DNA of 64,000 nucleotides, from the NCBI GenBank assembly GCA_951406725.2, contig OX597814.1, positions 177,258,001 to 177,322,000 of the forward strand, given 5' to 3'. Shown here in pieces: positions 27,861 to 41,979 of the stretch (the first letter of the stretch is position 1; the number at the start of each line of letters is the position of its first letter). The translations under genes and the position numbers were made by a program. The notes beneath the pieces are model-generated. The model did not search any database. It had not been told where the DNA came from and worked only from the letters and a program-made list of their open reading frames with translations. Origin of the DNA: Octopus vulgaris. Taxonomy: Eukaryota.

Positions 27861-28920
27861 TTTAAACGGCATACCAGCCGCCGGAACATACACACATATA
27901 TATATATATATATATAAAGCTGGGGCTATCGTAAAGAAAAGAAAACAGTTTGTTCAATTCGTAAAGAGAACAATACATGTACACAACAACTTTTGTAAAA
28001 TGTCAGAATATGTGTGTAATATTAGTTCACGTTTCCCTAGTCTCACCGGAGTAATATTTCTTCTTTGATATTGCGATGTCTTTCATTTATTTTAAAAATA
28101 TTAATAATAAAAAAAAATTAAACAATAGGAAGAAAATTAAAAAAAATACACATATACATAAAGTTAAGCATAAAAGACGGAAAATAGTCAAGCAGACAAA
28201 GACCATACAAAATCATGCTGGAACTACCCTGTTTGAATTTTGCTTATTTTTTTCTCTTTTTCGTTTTTTTATTCTCTCTGACTGAATAGATTCGAAAAGG
28301 GTCGGAATAGTTTAGAGAAGTGTCATTTCGAAGAATCGAAATATTTTTTTTCCTTTAGAAAAAGCAGCTCCGTATTTATTTTACTGCTCCGGGTAGATAT
28401 TTCTATTCCCACTTAATAAAATTTGAAATTGTGGCATTTAGAAGTTTTATATGTTAAGAAATTTATATTTCGTCCTTTGAAGGCAAATTCAACAACGATT
28501 TTGTTGTTTTAATTGTTTTTGTTTTGATTTTGATAAATAAAATCGATTGCAGTTTTTATGGTTACAAAGCATTGTTATTTTTTTCTTCTGGTAACAAAAG
28601 AAAAATAGAAAGGAAAATTATAAAAGATTTCTCTCATCTAAAGCTTAATTTAGGAGTGAATAGTAAACAGAAAATAGGCGTCTGAAATCGGCATCTATAA
28701 AACAGGACTATAACAATTTATTTACACAGGAAAAGTCATATTTCTGTCCACATTTATATTGGAAGTTAAAATGCGAGGCTGTGAAGCTCATTAGCTCCGT
28801 AATTAAAACAATTCTAACTGGGAAATCACTACTGGGTCACGACCTACCGTCACAATATACATACTTATATATATATATATATATATGTAAATGTATACAA
28901 CCCATTATTTCTGTCCATGT

Positions 28921-29161
<241 letters not shown>

Positions 29162-29329
29162 ATATGTGTGTTCGCATGCGCGCGTGTGTGCATGTAAACT
29201 CACATTTGCTCACAGGCATGGATTTCAATAAAAATGCTAGTACACTCAAACAAACACTCATGGACATTATTTTCCAGAAAGACAGACATAAAATATATTA
29301 AAAGTGAAGTCCAGGACTTGATGAAAACG

Positions 29330-29900
29330 TTTCGAAATTAAGGTGATAAGATGCCAGTTTTACGAACTGTTGATAGTTTATAAGTTCTTACAGAAAAGGT
29401 TGGAATAAAATGAAGAATTTAAATAATTAGAGTCTTAAAGTGGTGAGGTAAAAGGGTGCTGAAGGGTAGGCAAGGACAGACGAGTGCAACTTAGTGGTAT
29501 GATTGAAGTGTCAAAGATATGTAATCAGAAGGTTCAATAGACAGCAAGAGGCCGTTATAAATAAGTGGTAGACGAGTTAAAGACACAGCACGTCGGTGAG
29601 CCAAAGGTTAAAGAGTACCATCGAGAGAATTTTTTTTATCAATCTGCCGAACGACACTCTTCTCGATACGGTGAAAGAGTGGAATACAAAGTGCAAAGAG
29701 AAAAACTGGGAGTTATATAAAGTCAGTAAATTGTTCAGATTCAAGGAAAAGTCTTGGCACTGGGAAGAGTAAATAAAAAAGTCGTTAGTGGTTTTGAAAT
29801 CGAATTCCGAATATAAAATACAAGAATTTCAAAGAGAGACAACTGCAGTTGATGATTTCATAACTGTGATGATGCGGAGCAGAAGAGGAAGTCCTGTTGG
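29330..29900 (-). mobile_element. Degraded CR1-group (Crack/Daphne-like) LINE C-terminal fragment
   Basis: Minus-strand PLAHRRAVSL...YNG resembles the PL.HRR.VASL..FY.YY.G motif. The rest is frameshifted. Confidence 0.4.
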
Positions 29901-30328
29901 GATATTTCATAGTATCTGAGTGTATATATATATATGTATACGTTAAGTACACTCATATTCAGACGTAGCCACTCACAAACACGGCAAAATTTTCCCCGCT
30001 AGAGGGTCAATTATTCATATATTCTAAAACGGTAATTATAACACAGTAATACATACATATATACGTACATACACACACGTGGGTATACATATATATATAT
30101 GCATATGTATATATATATATATACATATGCATATATATATATGTATATATATATATTCATATGTGAGTGTAAATGTGTGTGTATAGTTAACAGTTCGCTT
30201 GTCGATTGTAACAGCAAGCATATTATTTGAGTTTGAACGATTAGCGGTTACTGCCCGGTACGCTATACCGGCCCGTTCGATTACTACTCTGTCTGAGACT
30301 GAAACTTTGTTTAGTCAACTATAACTTC

Positions 30329-30331
<3 letters not shown>

Positions 30332-30383
<52 letters not shown>

Positions 30384-30401
30384 ATATATATACATATATA
30401 T

Positions 30402-30476
<75 letters not shown>

Positions 30477-30553
30477 CGTATACATATATATGTGCATATA
30501 TATATATAGATATATACATATATATATACATATATATATATATAGATATATAC

Positions 30554-30608
<55 letters not shown>

Positions 30609-30630
30609 CATACACACATATATATGTATA
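30332..30630. repeat. (TA)n-rich tract
   Basis: Direct reading. Confidence 0.97.
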
Positions 30631-30845
30631 CACGTTGAGGTAAGTACGCTGAGTTTAGTGAAACCATTAACTCAAATTAGTCCCGTAATAATTGGTTGAT
30701 CATGAACAGGACAGAAGTCGTGAGGAGAAATGTGTGTGTGTATGTGTATTTGTGTGTGTGTGTGTGCGTGTGTGTGTGTGAAAGAGAGAGAGAGAGAGAG
30801 AGAGAGCGAAGAAAAGATGAAGTGACAGAACGATGTATGGTAAGA

Positions 30846-30876
<31 letters not shown>

Positions 30877-31533
30877 GATATGGGAAGAAACTTGAAACAA
30901 TAGTGAGTCTTCAATGCAATTAAATAGGAATTTACTTATACGTTGGAATTTCAAGACATCATCTTTGCTATGTTAACAGAAAGAGATTTCAATGTCAAGG
31001 TACAGAGACGAACGACTTTTGTTTCTTAAATATTTCAATGTTGAAGGATTACAGCCATTCATATTAAGAGCTCCAAAGAGAATTCTTAGAGCAACGGATT
31101 AAATTCTTGCCTTACAATTAATAAATACTCTTTAATCTCAGCATGATGACAGAATCAAAGATTATTTTCAATTGATATTCTCTGATTCCAATTCACAATC
31201 GAATTCACTGACGGATTGACAGACGTTTAAGCATAGATGCTCAATGATTTAATGCATATTTATACATACACATATGTCTACATACGTACATGCAAAGATG
31301 CATACATATATATACAAATATACATATACTCATATATGTATGTTTATGTATATGTATGTGCCCATATGTGCATGTATTTGTACATATATGTAGACGCATA
31401 TGAATGTGTGTGCGCGTGTGTGACCATAAAACTATTTTTAATATTTCCGAGCAAAATTGGTGAGTATACATAAGACATATACATACATACATGCATATAA
31501 ATCTATATCTATATCTATATATCTATTTATATA

Positions 31534-31626
<93 letters not shown>

Positions 31627-32661
31627 GTTTGTATATATAAATTTTGATTTACGTAAAGGAAGGAAAAGTGCTCAATAGACCTCTGTTTTAGAGAAGTGTA
31701 GAATACGATGAAAATTGTCAAATGAAATTCTTCATACATAACCTTTAGGAATGAGGAAATAATCCAGTTTGTCAACATATTGATATATTTATACCTTTAT
31801 ACATACATACATACATACATACATACATACATACATACATACATACATACATACATACATACATACACACATACATACATACACACACATACATACACAC
31901 ATATATACATATACATACATACATATATATACACACACACATATATATATATAAATTTATATATATATTATATATATATATGTGTGTGTGTGTGTGTACA
32001 TGGACAGCAGCGGCCGTTGTAAGGGTACGGTATCTGTCGTTCTATGTTTGATGCCAATTTTTAAAGATTATCGGGTATAATTTAAGGGTCGTACAGTTCT
32101 GCTAATTCTTGCAGATCCATTGCCAGCCTAGCCAGATAGTGTTTCTCATGTTCGGAATATATATTTATGTGAGTGCATTTTTAGGTATATGCGTCTTTAT
32201 GTGAGTGTGTAAATATGTGTTTATATATGCCTGTGTGCTACGGTATCTCTTAGTCTATTTCAGTTTCAGTGTTGGTATTGTCATTCTTATTTTCAGAATT
32301 AACTCCCCTTTGTTCGTTCTTTTATTTCTTATCGCCTTTCCTTTATCTCGGTGCATATTGTATTTCGTGTCATTCACAAATGCATGAACAACGAAAGATT
32401 GCCTTGGTATGCAATGATGATATATTAAACGAAATCGCTTAACTGAATTGACGTGTAGTAAGTGATACGTTACTAAATTAAAGAAATCAATACAGAAAAT
32501 AAATGAACAAATTACATGAGTTCGGGTTCGTTTCATTATAGGATAAACAAAGAAACGATTAGACATAGGAGCAAACACTTGCAGTCACTTATCTCAGTTG
32601 GAAAACAAGGAAGCCAGATAGATAATTTCGTTTCTGCATCTATTTTTCTGAACGTATTACG

Positions 32662-33050
32662 CTATATATATAAAGCTGAAGTTGTCTGTGTGTGGCAGGT
32701 TTGGTTGCCTTCAACTAACGCCATCTCCTCCGAGACTCTGCGGCGCAAGTTGACCAAAATTGAGAGTACGATAGAAGAAGGCTTGCTCTTCATTCTGTAG
32801 AAAATAAAATTCAAATCGGACCGTGTTAAAAGCAAAAATTATTTACATCAAAAAGGTACTTATTTTTCTATGAAATCCCCATTTTGTACGATTTTTTGAC
32901 TGCTGTGTCGCCATTTTTCGATGTATTTCAACCAGAAAAATGTTCACTTAAAGAGAATAACAAGCTACATAATGCAACATTTTTACTTTTCTAAAATTCC
33001 AATTCTAAAGGGTCGAAACAAACCCGAACAACGCCAGGCGATACTGCTAG
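32662..33050 (+). mobile_element. Non-autonomous Helitron (~390 bp)
   Basis: 5' (t)CTATATATATAAAGCTGAAG followed by a GTCTGTGTGT run. 3' decayed GC hairpin CCCGAACAACGCCAGG about 10 nt before terminal CTAG, followed by T. No TSD. Confidence 0.75.
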
Positions 33051-33186
33051 TTTAGTTATATATGTACTAAGATAAGTATGATTGAGAGAAAGGACATGGA
33101 CAAACTTATTTCTTCAGCTAAATATTTTCCGAGAGTCAATACCAATTCATTCCTTGGAGAGTTACAATCGCTAATATCTATCTATC

Positions 33187-33282
<96 letters not shown>

Positions 33283-33293
33283 GTATGTATATT

Positions 33294-33659
33294 TAGCAAA
33301 CCTGGTCATCAAACTGTTAATCCATTAATCCGTAAATCGTTAATTAATAAGGTTAACATTTTCGCTAACGATTTAACTATTACGTTAACTTTGGAAATCA
33401 TTATAGGACTAATTAACTTCCGGAAATTCAGTTCAATTTAAGTTAACGGATTTTATAGTTTTGATACTTTTTAAGGTGGTTTTAGAGCAAAAAACTGATT
33501 TTTTTCTTCGTAATAAAAATTAACGTTAACGGTTTATTGATAACTTACGTTACATTGGAAAATAATTAACTGATTAACGGTTATCGAAGTTAACTTCTTG
33601 GTTAACGGATTAATGGTTAACGAAGTTAACTTTTCGATTAACGGTTCCCAACTTTGCTA
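33294..33659. mobile_element. MITE-like DNA element with imperfect TIRs, possibly hAT, inside (TATC)n
   Basis: TAGCAAACCTGG at the left end and CCAACTTTGCTA at the right. Many GTTAAC, TTAACG and CGTTAA subterminal motifs. Confidence 0.65.
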
Positions 33660-33667
33660 TCTGTCTC

Positions 33668-33733
<66 letters not shown>

Positions 33734-33773
33734 CACACATTCATACATATAGATATGTGCGTGTGTGAGTGCG

Positions 33774-33827
<54 letters not shown>

Positions 33828-33944
33828 GAGCTAGCTAGATAGATAGATAAAGAGAGTGTGTGTGTGTGTGTGTGTGTGTGAAGATCTGTGCATAATCTAT
33901 TTTTAAATATATCTACCTATATCTAATTATATCTAATTATATCT

Positions 33945-33991
<47 letters not shown>

Positions 33992-34769
33992 TTTTCTTTT
34001 ATTATTTTCTGGTTTCAATAATTGGAATGTTGCCATCTCGGTGCATTCCATTCAGAGGAAATGCATCATGGTATCTTGTTTGAACCCTCGCCCTACCCCC
34101 ATCGCTTCCCACAAACTTTTCTCGTGGTGCACTGTTAGTAACTGGCACCATGTAGAGAGAAGAGCGCTCCAGGAGCACCTCAACTATGCGTGCGCATATG
34201 CGTTTTAATGCGTGAGTATACATATGTATGTATGCATATTTATATGTATATATATTTATGTGTTTTTGTGTGTGTGTTTATTTGATCTACATAATTGCTT
34301 ACGCATGTAAATGTGTGTACGTACGTGTATGTAGTTGCATACATACAGCGTTACACATATACATATGTAACATTTTCATCTGATCGAGTTAACTAGGAAA
34401 CTTTTAACCCGCTCACGCCATACATCTTGGTCCTACATTAGCAGAGGAATGTTTTTCGGGGAAGCATTCATTGACTTATGCGTCGATCTATATACGTCGT
34501 ATACGAACGAACTGCCCAATTCGTTTATCCAAAGCGAGAAGAGCAGACACACACACAAAATTAACTCAATCCAAATGTTCCATCTATTCCCTACATAATG
34601 AATACCAGACAGACGCGGTGTAACACCATCGTAAGGCTCTGGTTTGGTTTAGTTTATTTGCAGACCTACGACGCTGACGTGGTAGCAGGCTGTGAAGTAG
34701 TCAACGTGGTTTAACTCAATACAAATGGGTTTATCTCATTTATATATAAATATATGTATATAAACCGAT

Positions 34770-35046
34770 GAGGAGGTGCAATGGCCCAGTGGTTAGGGTA
34801 GCGAACTCGCGGTCGGGGGGATCGCGGTTTCGATTCCGAGACCGGACGTTGTGTGTGTTTATTGAGCGAAACACCTAATAGCTCTACGAGGCCCCGGCAG
34901 CAGGGTTTTGGTGACCCCTGTTCTACTCTTTCGCTCCAACTTTCTCTCATTCTTGTTTCTTGAGTAACGCTGCGATGGACTGGCGTCCCGTCCAGCTGGG
35001 GGAACACATGGCTAAGCTTGAAAGAGGCGCATAAATAAATTAAAAA
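34770..35046 (+). mobile_element. Family-C tRNA-derived SINE with target-site duplication
   Basis: A box TGGCCCAGTGG, B-box-like GTTTCGATTCC and an A-rich tail. TSD ATATAAACC(G/A)AT at 34758-34769 and 35047-35058. Confidence 0.85.
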
Positions 35047-35541
35047 ATATAAACCAATACCGAGGAAGCAGATTCAGCTTGTAAGCAGTATCATGCAAAG
35101 CTTCTAAAACCAAATGTTAGGAATGTTAAAATAAGGAATAACAGGTTACAAAATATTGATTGGGATATATCATATTTGGACAACGCTTCAACTGGATGTA
35201 GCTAGCAAACTTTTCATTATAGATGATTACTGATATGAAACTGCATTGTGGAAGTGATCACCAGGTGGAAAATGTGTGTTGAAGTTTTTTTTAACACTTT
35301 ATGTAAAAAATAAATGAAAAGTAAATATATATTTTGTTTGTTTGTGTGTGTGTATGTGTATGCGTGCATGAATGTGGTGAGGTGTATTTACCTGCTTATG
35401 GGTACAGTAATACTTGTAGACATATATGCATATATACTCATGTATGCATATCTGTCTTTCTGACAGTTCTTTGTATGTATATTATTTTTGTTGATTATTT
35501 TAATATTGCCTATTATATATAATATACACGCACACATTTAT

Positions 35542-35587
<46 letters not shown>

Positions 35588-35789
35588 AATTCATGTATAC
35601 TTATATACACGCAAATATCCATATATATATACACGCATATATACATATATATTTATTCCTCTTTTCTCTTTATATGTATATATATATGCATATATATGTA
35701 TATATATATACATGCCCATATATATGTGTATATATACATATACATAGATATATATATATATATATACATACACATACACATACACATAC

Positions 35790-35828
<39 letters not shown>

Positions 35829-35855
35829 AGAAAGAAGCAACAAGAATGGATAGGT

Positions 35856-35946
35856 TTTTAGTACAATCGTTTCATACAAGGACAGGCTTTATTAAAAGTT
35901 GCAAAAATTACAGCATATAAACGTGTCCCGTACTCATCAGCTAAAA
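35856..35946 (-). ncRNA. Type I hammerhead ribozyme motif, inverted copy of 37996-38086
   Basis: Reverse complement of the motif above, inside the left arm. Confidence 0.8.
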
Positions 35947-37995
35947 TACATGTGAGTTCTCTAGACATCCTAGTGGTTGAGGCTATACTCATGAAGTAAT
36001 GTAGATAATTAAGTAACATAAACAGATTTCCAAAGTTCATTAAAGTTCATTAAAGATGATGTACAGTCTTATCACAGAATTTTAAAAAAGTTTTAATAGC
36101 ATCACAGAGAAGGTGACCTAATCCATAGTGTACATATGAAATTCCAGAGATATGATGAGGGATTACAAACTCACAGAAGACAAATTTATCCATTGTTAAA
36201 TACAACGAGGTGGGTTTCAATTCCTGCTTATTAGCATTATAGAGAGGGTGAATTAATCCCTTGTATAGATGCACAATTTCCAATGGTGTAGATGTAAATT
36301 TCCAGAGAATTTAGCGTGGACACAAACTTGACCTAGTTCGATATGGTTATTCAATAAGTTTCTATGTTTTCTATGCTTTATAATTTCATACGTCTCCATG
36401 GAGCATAGTTGACAACCAACCCTACTATTTTTATACGGAAATGCTCTCATAACTATTTCCCAATTATTGAATAACCATATCGAACTAGGTCAAGTTTGTG
36501 TCCACGCTAAATTGAAGACTTTAAAATATTTTAAATGATTAGAATATTCGTAACTAGATAGATAGATATAACTTGACTTCTATTAGTATAGCATTGCTTT
36601 AAGTAGATAACTAAGAGTTCTCACACTACAGTTATCTTTTTCCTTATATCTGCATCAGTTTTTTGAGTACAGGGAAATGAATAGTACTTGTTGGCTGCTT
36701 AATTGACGCTTTATTTAATTTCAAACTCACAATTTTTAAATTCTTAATATTAAATCTTAATTGTAATTTTTAATTTTAATTCCTAACTTAATTTAATTTA
36801 AATAGCATAACTCTAATAAATTAAAATGAGTGACTATAGCCCCATAATTCTATTTCAAAATTAAATAAATAAGGCTACTCCCTCGGTGATAATATGATTA
36901 TCTTCATTATAATAGACAATCCCCTAACACCTTGTAAATGATCTTCTAAGATTTGACCTGTAGTCCGTCAATGTATGAATAATAACGGCAACACCTTAAG
37001 ACAATAAAAGGAATAAATTAAATAAGTAAATTTTAATGACTTTTTGATAAGTTTATACCTAGATTTTCCTAATGTGTTTTCTGGTGATTTTAGCATCTGA
37101 CCCCTAAACCCCTGACTGTGTTATCTCTTTAGATTCTCTTTAAATTCATAGCTGATTTCAACAGCAATAAATTAGCTGTTTTACTGGTCAAAGAATAATA
37201 TTCTCCTCTAGTTCCTAGATGCCTGTAAATTAAAACCAAACTTGCCGTCTACTAATTCTTCTGTATAACTAGAACCCTTTTTTTCTTTTTCTTTTTTCCC
37301 TTCTTTCCCTATATCTTTCTCTTTTCTCTTTTTTCTTTTCCTTCTGCTTATTCTCTTTTTCCTTTTCTCTTCTCTTTTAGTCCCCCTCCCCCACCTCTTT
37401 TGCTCCCTCCTCCTTTATTTTCTCTCTTCTCTTCTATTCCCTTCCCTTTTCTATTCTTTGCCGCTCTAGAAAGCCCTTCAGCCTTTAGAAGTTAAATAGC
37501 TACAGCCTCTTGTAAATAGCAGTAATGTGATTAATGTGGCAAATACCTAATCATATAACAAGAATTGATACCTACCTCATTGTGTTCAACCATTGATAAA
37601 CTTATCGCCTGTGAATTTGAAATTCCTCTTCATTTCTCTGGAAATTTACATCTACACCATTGGAAATTGTGCATCTATACAAGGGATTAATTCACCCTCT
37701 CTATAATGCTAATAAGCAGGAATTGAAACCCACCTCGTTGTATTTAACAATGGATAAATTTGTCTTCTGTGAGTATGTAATCCCTCATCATATCTCTGGA
37801 ATTTCATATGTACACTATGGATTAGGTCACCTTCTCTGTGATGCTATTAAAACTTTTTAAAATTCTGTGATAAGACTGTACATCATCTTTAATGAACTTT
37901 AATGAACTTTGGAAATCTGTTTATGTTACTTAATTATCTACATTACTTCATGAGTATAGCCTCAACCACTAGGATGTCTAGAGAACTCACATGTA

Positions 37996-38086
37996 TTTTA
38001 GCTGATGAGTACGGGACACGTTTATATGCTGTAATTTTTGCAACTTTTAATAAAGCCTGTCCTTGTATGAAACGATTGTACTAAAA
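37996..38086 (+). ncRNA. Type I hammerhead ribozyme motif with canonical core
   Basis: Stem I TTTTAG (37996-38001) pairs with CTAAAA (38081-38086). Core CTGATGA at 38002-38008. Stem II GTACGGGACA (38009-38018) pairs with TGTCCTTGTAT (38058-38068). GAAAC at 38069-38073, short stem III ACGATTGT, cleavage triplet GTA at 38078-38080. Confidence 0.8.
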
Positions 38087-38229
38087 ACCTATCCATTCTT
38101 GTTGCTTCTTTCTCGCTTATAATCACCCCACATTACTGTATTGTTAAATCAGTATAGTTTTTTTTGGTGCATCTAAGTTAGGTACCATATTCAAGTTAAT
38201 TCATTTAAATTAACTTGAATCTTTATTGC

Positions 38230-38304
<75 letters not shown>

Positions 38305-38924
38305 CACATATAAAAGCTGGAGCATAAAGCATACATTTAAACCACATATATAAATCTGAAAACACGCACACACATACATTTCTGAAATTAGGTTGAAAAT
38401 TGAAATGATACTGCAATTACAGATCCTATAATAGGCAATATTAAAATAATCAACAAAAATAATAAAAGATATTGAGAAAATAAAATGAAAAAATCCCTTT
38501 GGAATTTCATTAAAATTTTGGGCTGATGAGGTGTTTGGAATAAAAATTAGAGTCATAATTTCATTGGATTTTGAAATTCTACAAATTACATAAAGTAACA
38601 AAAATAAAAAAAAGAAAAAGAAAAGAAAAAGGGTGAGAAGTTGTAAAAGTCAAAGAATTGAAGAATTGGTTATGCAAAAATTACAGAATTGCCTCCACGC
38701 AATTTTCCAATTTCGCGATTCTTTGATCTTGAACTCCCCCTTTTTTGCAGCGATGTTGGTTGGTGGAAATATAGTTCTATAAATTTATTTATACCTTCAA
38801 AGACAGTAATATATCTACCCACACACATATATAGGTACGCATATAGCATATTGACACAAATCAATGTACAGCTATGTATATATGTACGTACATGTATATA
38901 TAGATAAGCATATGTATCTCTATC

Positions 38925-39001
<77 letters not shown>

Positions 39002-39338
39002 GTATGTATATATATATATATTATATACTTATATGTATGAATATATATGCATATATAATTTTATATACATACATAAACACACTATGCATATCTAAATATA
39101 CGTACAGGGAAAAGTATTTACATTAAAGTAGATGCCTTTTTTACTCACTCTCTCACTCAATCACTAACTAACTCAATCACTTACTCATTCACTCACTCTC
39201 AACATGTTTGTGTACACGTGTGTATGTGTGCATGAGTATACAAACATATATAGATACATAGATACATACATACATATACATATACATACATACATACATA
39301 CATACATACATACACACATACATACATACATACATACA

Positions 39339-39385
<47 letters not shown>

Positions 39386-39549
39386 GTGTATGTATGTGCA
39401 TATATATAGATAAGACGCAGCAGTAGTAATTGTTTAACTGTGAAATAAATGTATTATTTTTATCAGCTTGGAAAATAATATCGCTTGATAAAATATTTCC
39501 ATCAAACACTGACACGCACACCTATACACACACAGGTATGTACAGACAT

Positions 39550-39576
39550 ACGTACATACATATATATATGTATATG

Positions 39577-39625
<49 letters not shown>

Positions 39626-39636
39626 TTTTGTATATA

Positions 39637-39732
<96 letters not shown>

Positions 39733-39844
39733 AACATTTATATACACATACATATACATACACATGTATATATATACATATATATATATACATACATATA
39801 TACATATATATATATACATACATTTATACACATATATATATACA

Positions 39845-39900
<56 letters not shown>

Positions 39901-39910
39901 CAAACATATA
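39550..39910. repeat. (TA)n-rich tract
   Basis: Direct reading. Confidence 0.97.
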
Positions 39911-40480
39911 TGCATTCATACAGAGATATTTATATGCATACATGTGAGCACATATATGGTAGGATTTTCATAATAGATTAAATTATTATTTCCAATTAAA
40001 AAAAAAAAATGATTAAGAAATACAAACCAAACCAAACCAAACAAACACACACAAACAAATAAAAGCCTCCAAAGTACAAATATAATCAAAACTTTTTGAC
40101 TCCGCCACCGTTAATTATAATGTATTTTGATTTAAAAAAAACTTTTTTGTAGTGCAGAATGATTATTTTCAGTGAATAATGAATCAATCAACTTTGCTAT
40201 TGTTTTATATTATAAATTCCCAATATTCATATTAACGAAGTTAAATTTAATAAAATATCCTTCAAATCATATAAATAGTAACCATTGTATTGCAATTGGG
40301 AGTGTTAATTTGTTGATTGAAGTGTAGCGTATATGGAAAATTCACCTCTGACTCCCTCTTTAGCGTTGTATGTGTGTGTGTTTGTGTGTTTGTGTGTGTG
40401 TGTATGTGTGTGTGTGTGTGTGCGTGCGTGTATTTATCTGTGTGCGTTTGTGTTTGCATGTATGTCTCTTTCTCTCTCCC

Positions 40481-40516
<36 letters not shown>

Positions 40517-40686
40517 CACATATACATTAGTATGGATAAACACGCACTCGTATATATGTCTATGTGTGTGTGCATGCGCATGAACACACCTTCATACACA
40601 CATTCACATATATGTTAAACTATTAATGACTTGAGCATACAGCTGGCCCCTATTTCTATGTTATATATCATCTCTCTCTCTCGCTC

Positions 40687-40777
<91 letters not shown>

Positions 40778-41119
40778 GTGTCTGTCTGTCTGTCTATCTG
40801 TCTTTCGTAGGTATGTATGTATGCGTATATCTATGTATTTTACATTGAAAATGAACTGGACCTTTTTTTGAACAACTGTCTTCCTGATTATCTGAGTTTT
40901 AAGGAGAGTAGTATTTACTTATATATTTTATTTATCTATTTATTCATATGTGTTATAGTTGTATATTTTTATACATTTAAAGATACACGAATCAATTCGA
41001 GTCTCTCATTGCCAATCTTCGGGCGATTATCATAAATTTAATAATAATAATAATAACAGCAACAGCAACAACAACAACAGCAGCAGCAACAACAACAATA
41101 ACAACAGCAGCAGCAGCAA

Positions 41120-41161
<42 letters not shown>

Positions 41162-41184
41162 TAATAATAATAATAATAACAATG

Positions 41185-41516
41185 ATAGTCAAGTAGGGAG
41201 GCAAAAACATATATAGATTCAACCATCTTAAGTACGGAATAGCCCGGCTATGGCAAATGAAGAAGATGAAGCTACAACCAATTATTGTTGGGTCCTTGGA
41301 AGCGGTATCGGAAGGCATTAAGGGGGATATAAGGGAAATTGGAATAGAGTGCGCAGTAGAACTTTTACAAAACGTTTGCCCCCTTCGCACGGCCAGAATA
41401 ACTAGGAAAGTATTAGATAGCTAAAAATAACGAACAGCATGGTATCGTAGGCTGCAGGTAGTAAGACTGCTACGCATGCAAGAGTCCAAGAGCTCCAAGA
41501 AAACCTATGATAAAGA

Positions 41517-41518
<2 letters not shown>
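41185..41518 (+). mobile_element. R4/Dong-type 3' fragment, same subfamily as 11795-12520
   Basis: LKYGIARLWQMKK...PIIVGSL...RTARITRKVLDS*. The 3' UTR resembles 12420-12520. (AAT)n tracts on both sides. Confidence 0.85.
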
Positions 41519-41596
<78 letters not shown>

Positions 41597-41598
<2 letters not shown>

Positions 41599-41751
41599 GG
41601 TGTGTCTGTGCGATAAGAATTTGCTTCTCAACCACATCGCTTCGGGTTCATTCCCATTGTGTGACACCTTAGTGCAAGTGTGTCCCACAATAACCCCGGG
41701 TCGACCTATGTCTTGTAGGTGGGTTTAATAGACGGAAACTGAAAGAAGCTC

Positions 41752-41809
<58 letters not shown>

Positions 41810-41979
41810 ATGTGTGTGTTTGTGTCGGTGTTTGTGTGTGTGTTGAGGTGAGCGTATGCATCTGTGTCTGTGTTTTCCCCCTAACACCTTTTGGCAACCG
41901 GCGTTGGTATATATATTTCTCCTTAACTTAGTGGTTCCGCAAAAATCCACAGCGTAAATGACTGAAAGAAGTGAAAGAT
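41597..41979 (+). mobile_element. Family-B SINE with internal (TA)n(TG)n
   Basis: Homologous head and GACGGAAACTGAAAGAAGC. Confidence 0.8.

Larger units (their letters stand above)
35826..38232 (+). mobile_element. Putative Penelope-like (PLE) or retrozyme-like insertion with inverted terminal duplication, bordered by (TA)n
   Basis: Arms 35826-36309 and 37634-38116 are reverse complements (one substitution and one 1-nt indel seen). Each arm carries a hammerhead motif. TA-rich tracts lie on both sides. Inverted pLTRs with hammerheads are an established PLE signature. Confidence 0.65.

Noticed and set aside
35858-36283. Duplicated 60-77 aa ORFs in the inverted arms (also 37660-38084) as a two-gene module
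   Set aside because: The duplication is explained by the inverted repeat. There are no recognisable motifs, one copy is frameshifted, and the ORFs overlap the ribozyme.
36514-37633. Skipped 1.1-kb segment as a spliced intron, or the AT-rich 36720-36900 as mitochondrial DNA
   Set aside because: No GT-AG or GC-AG ends on either strand, and no recognisable mitochondrial rRNA, tRNA or protein motif.
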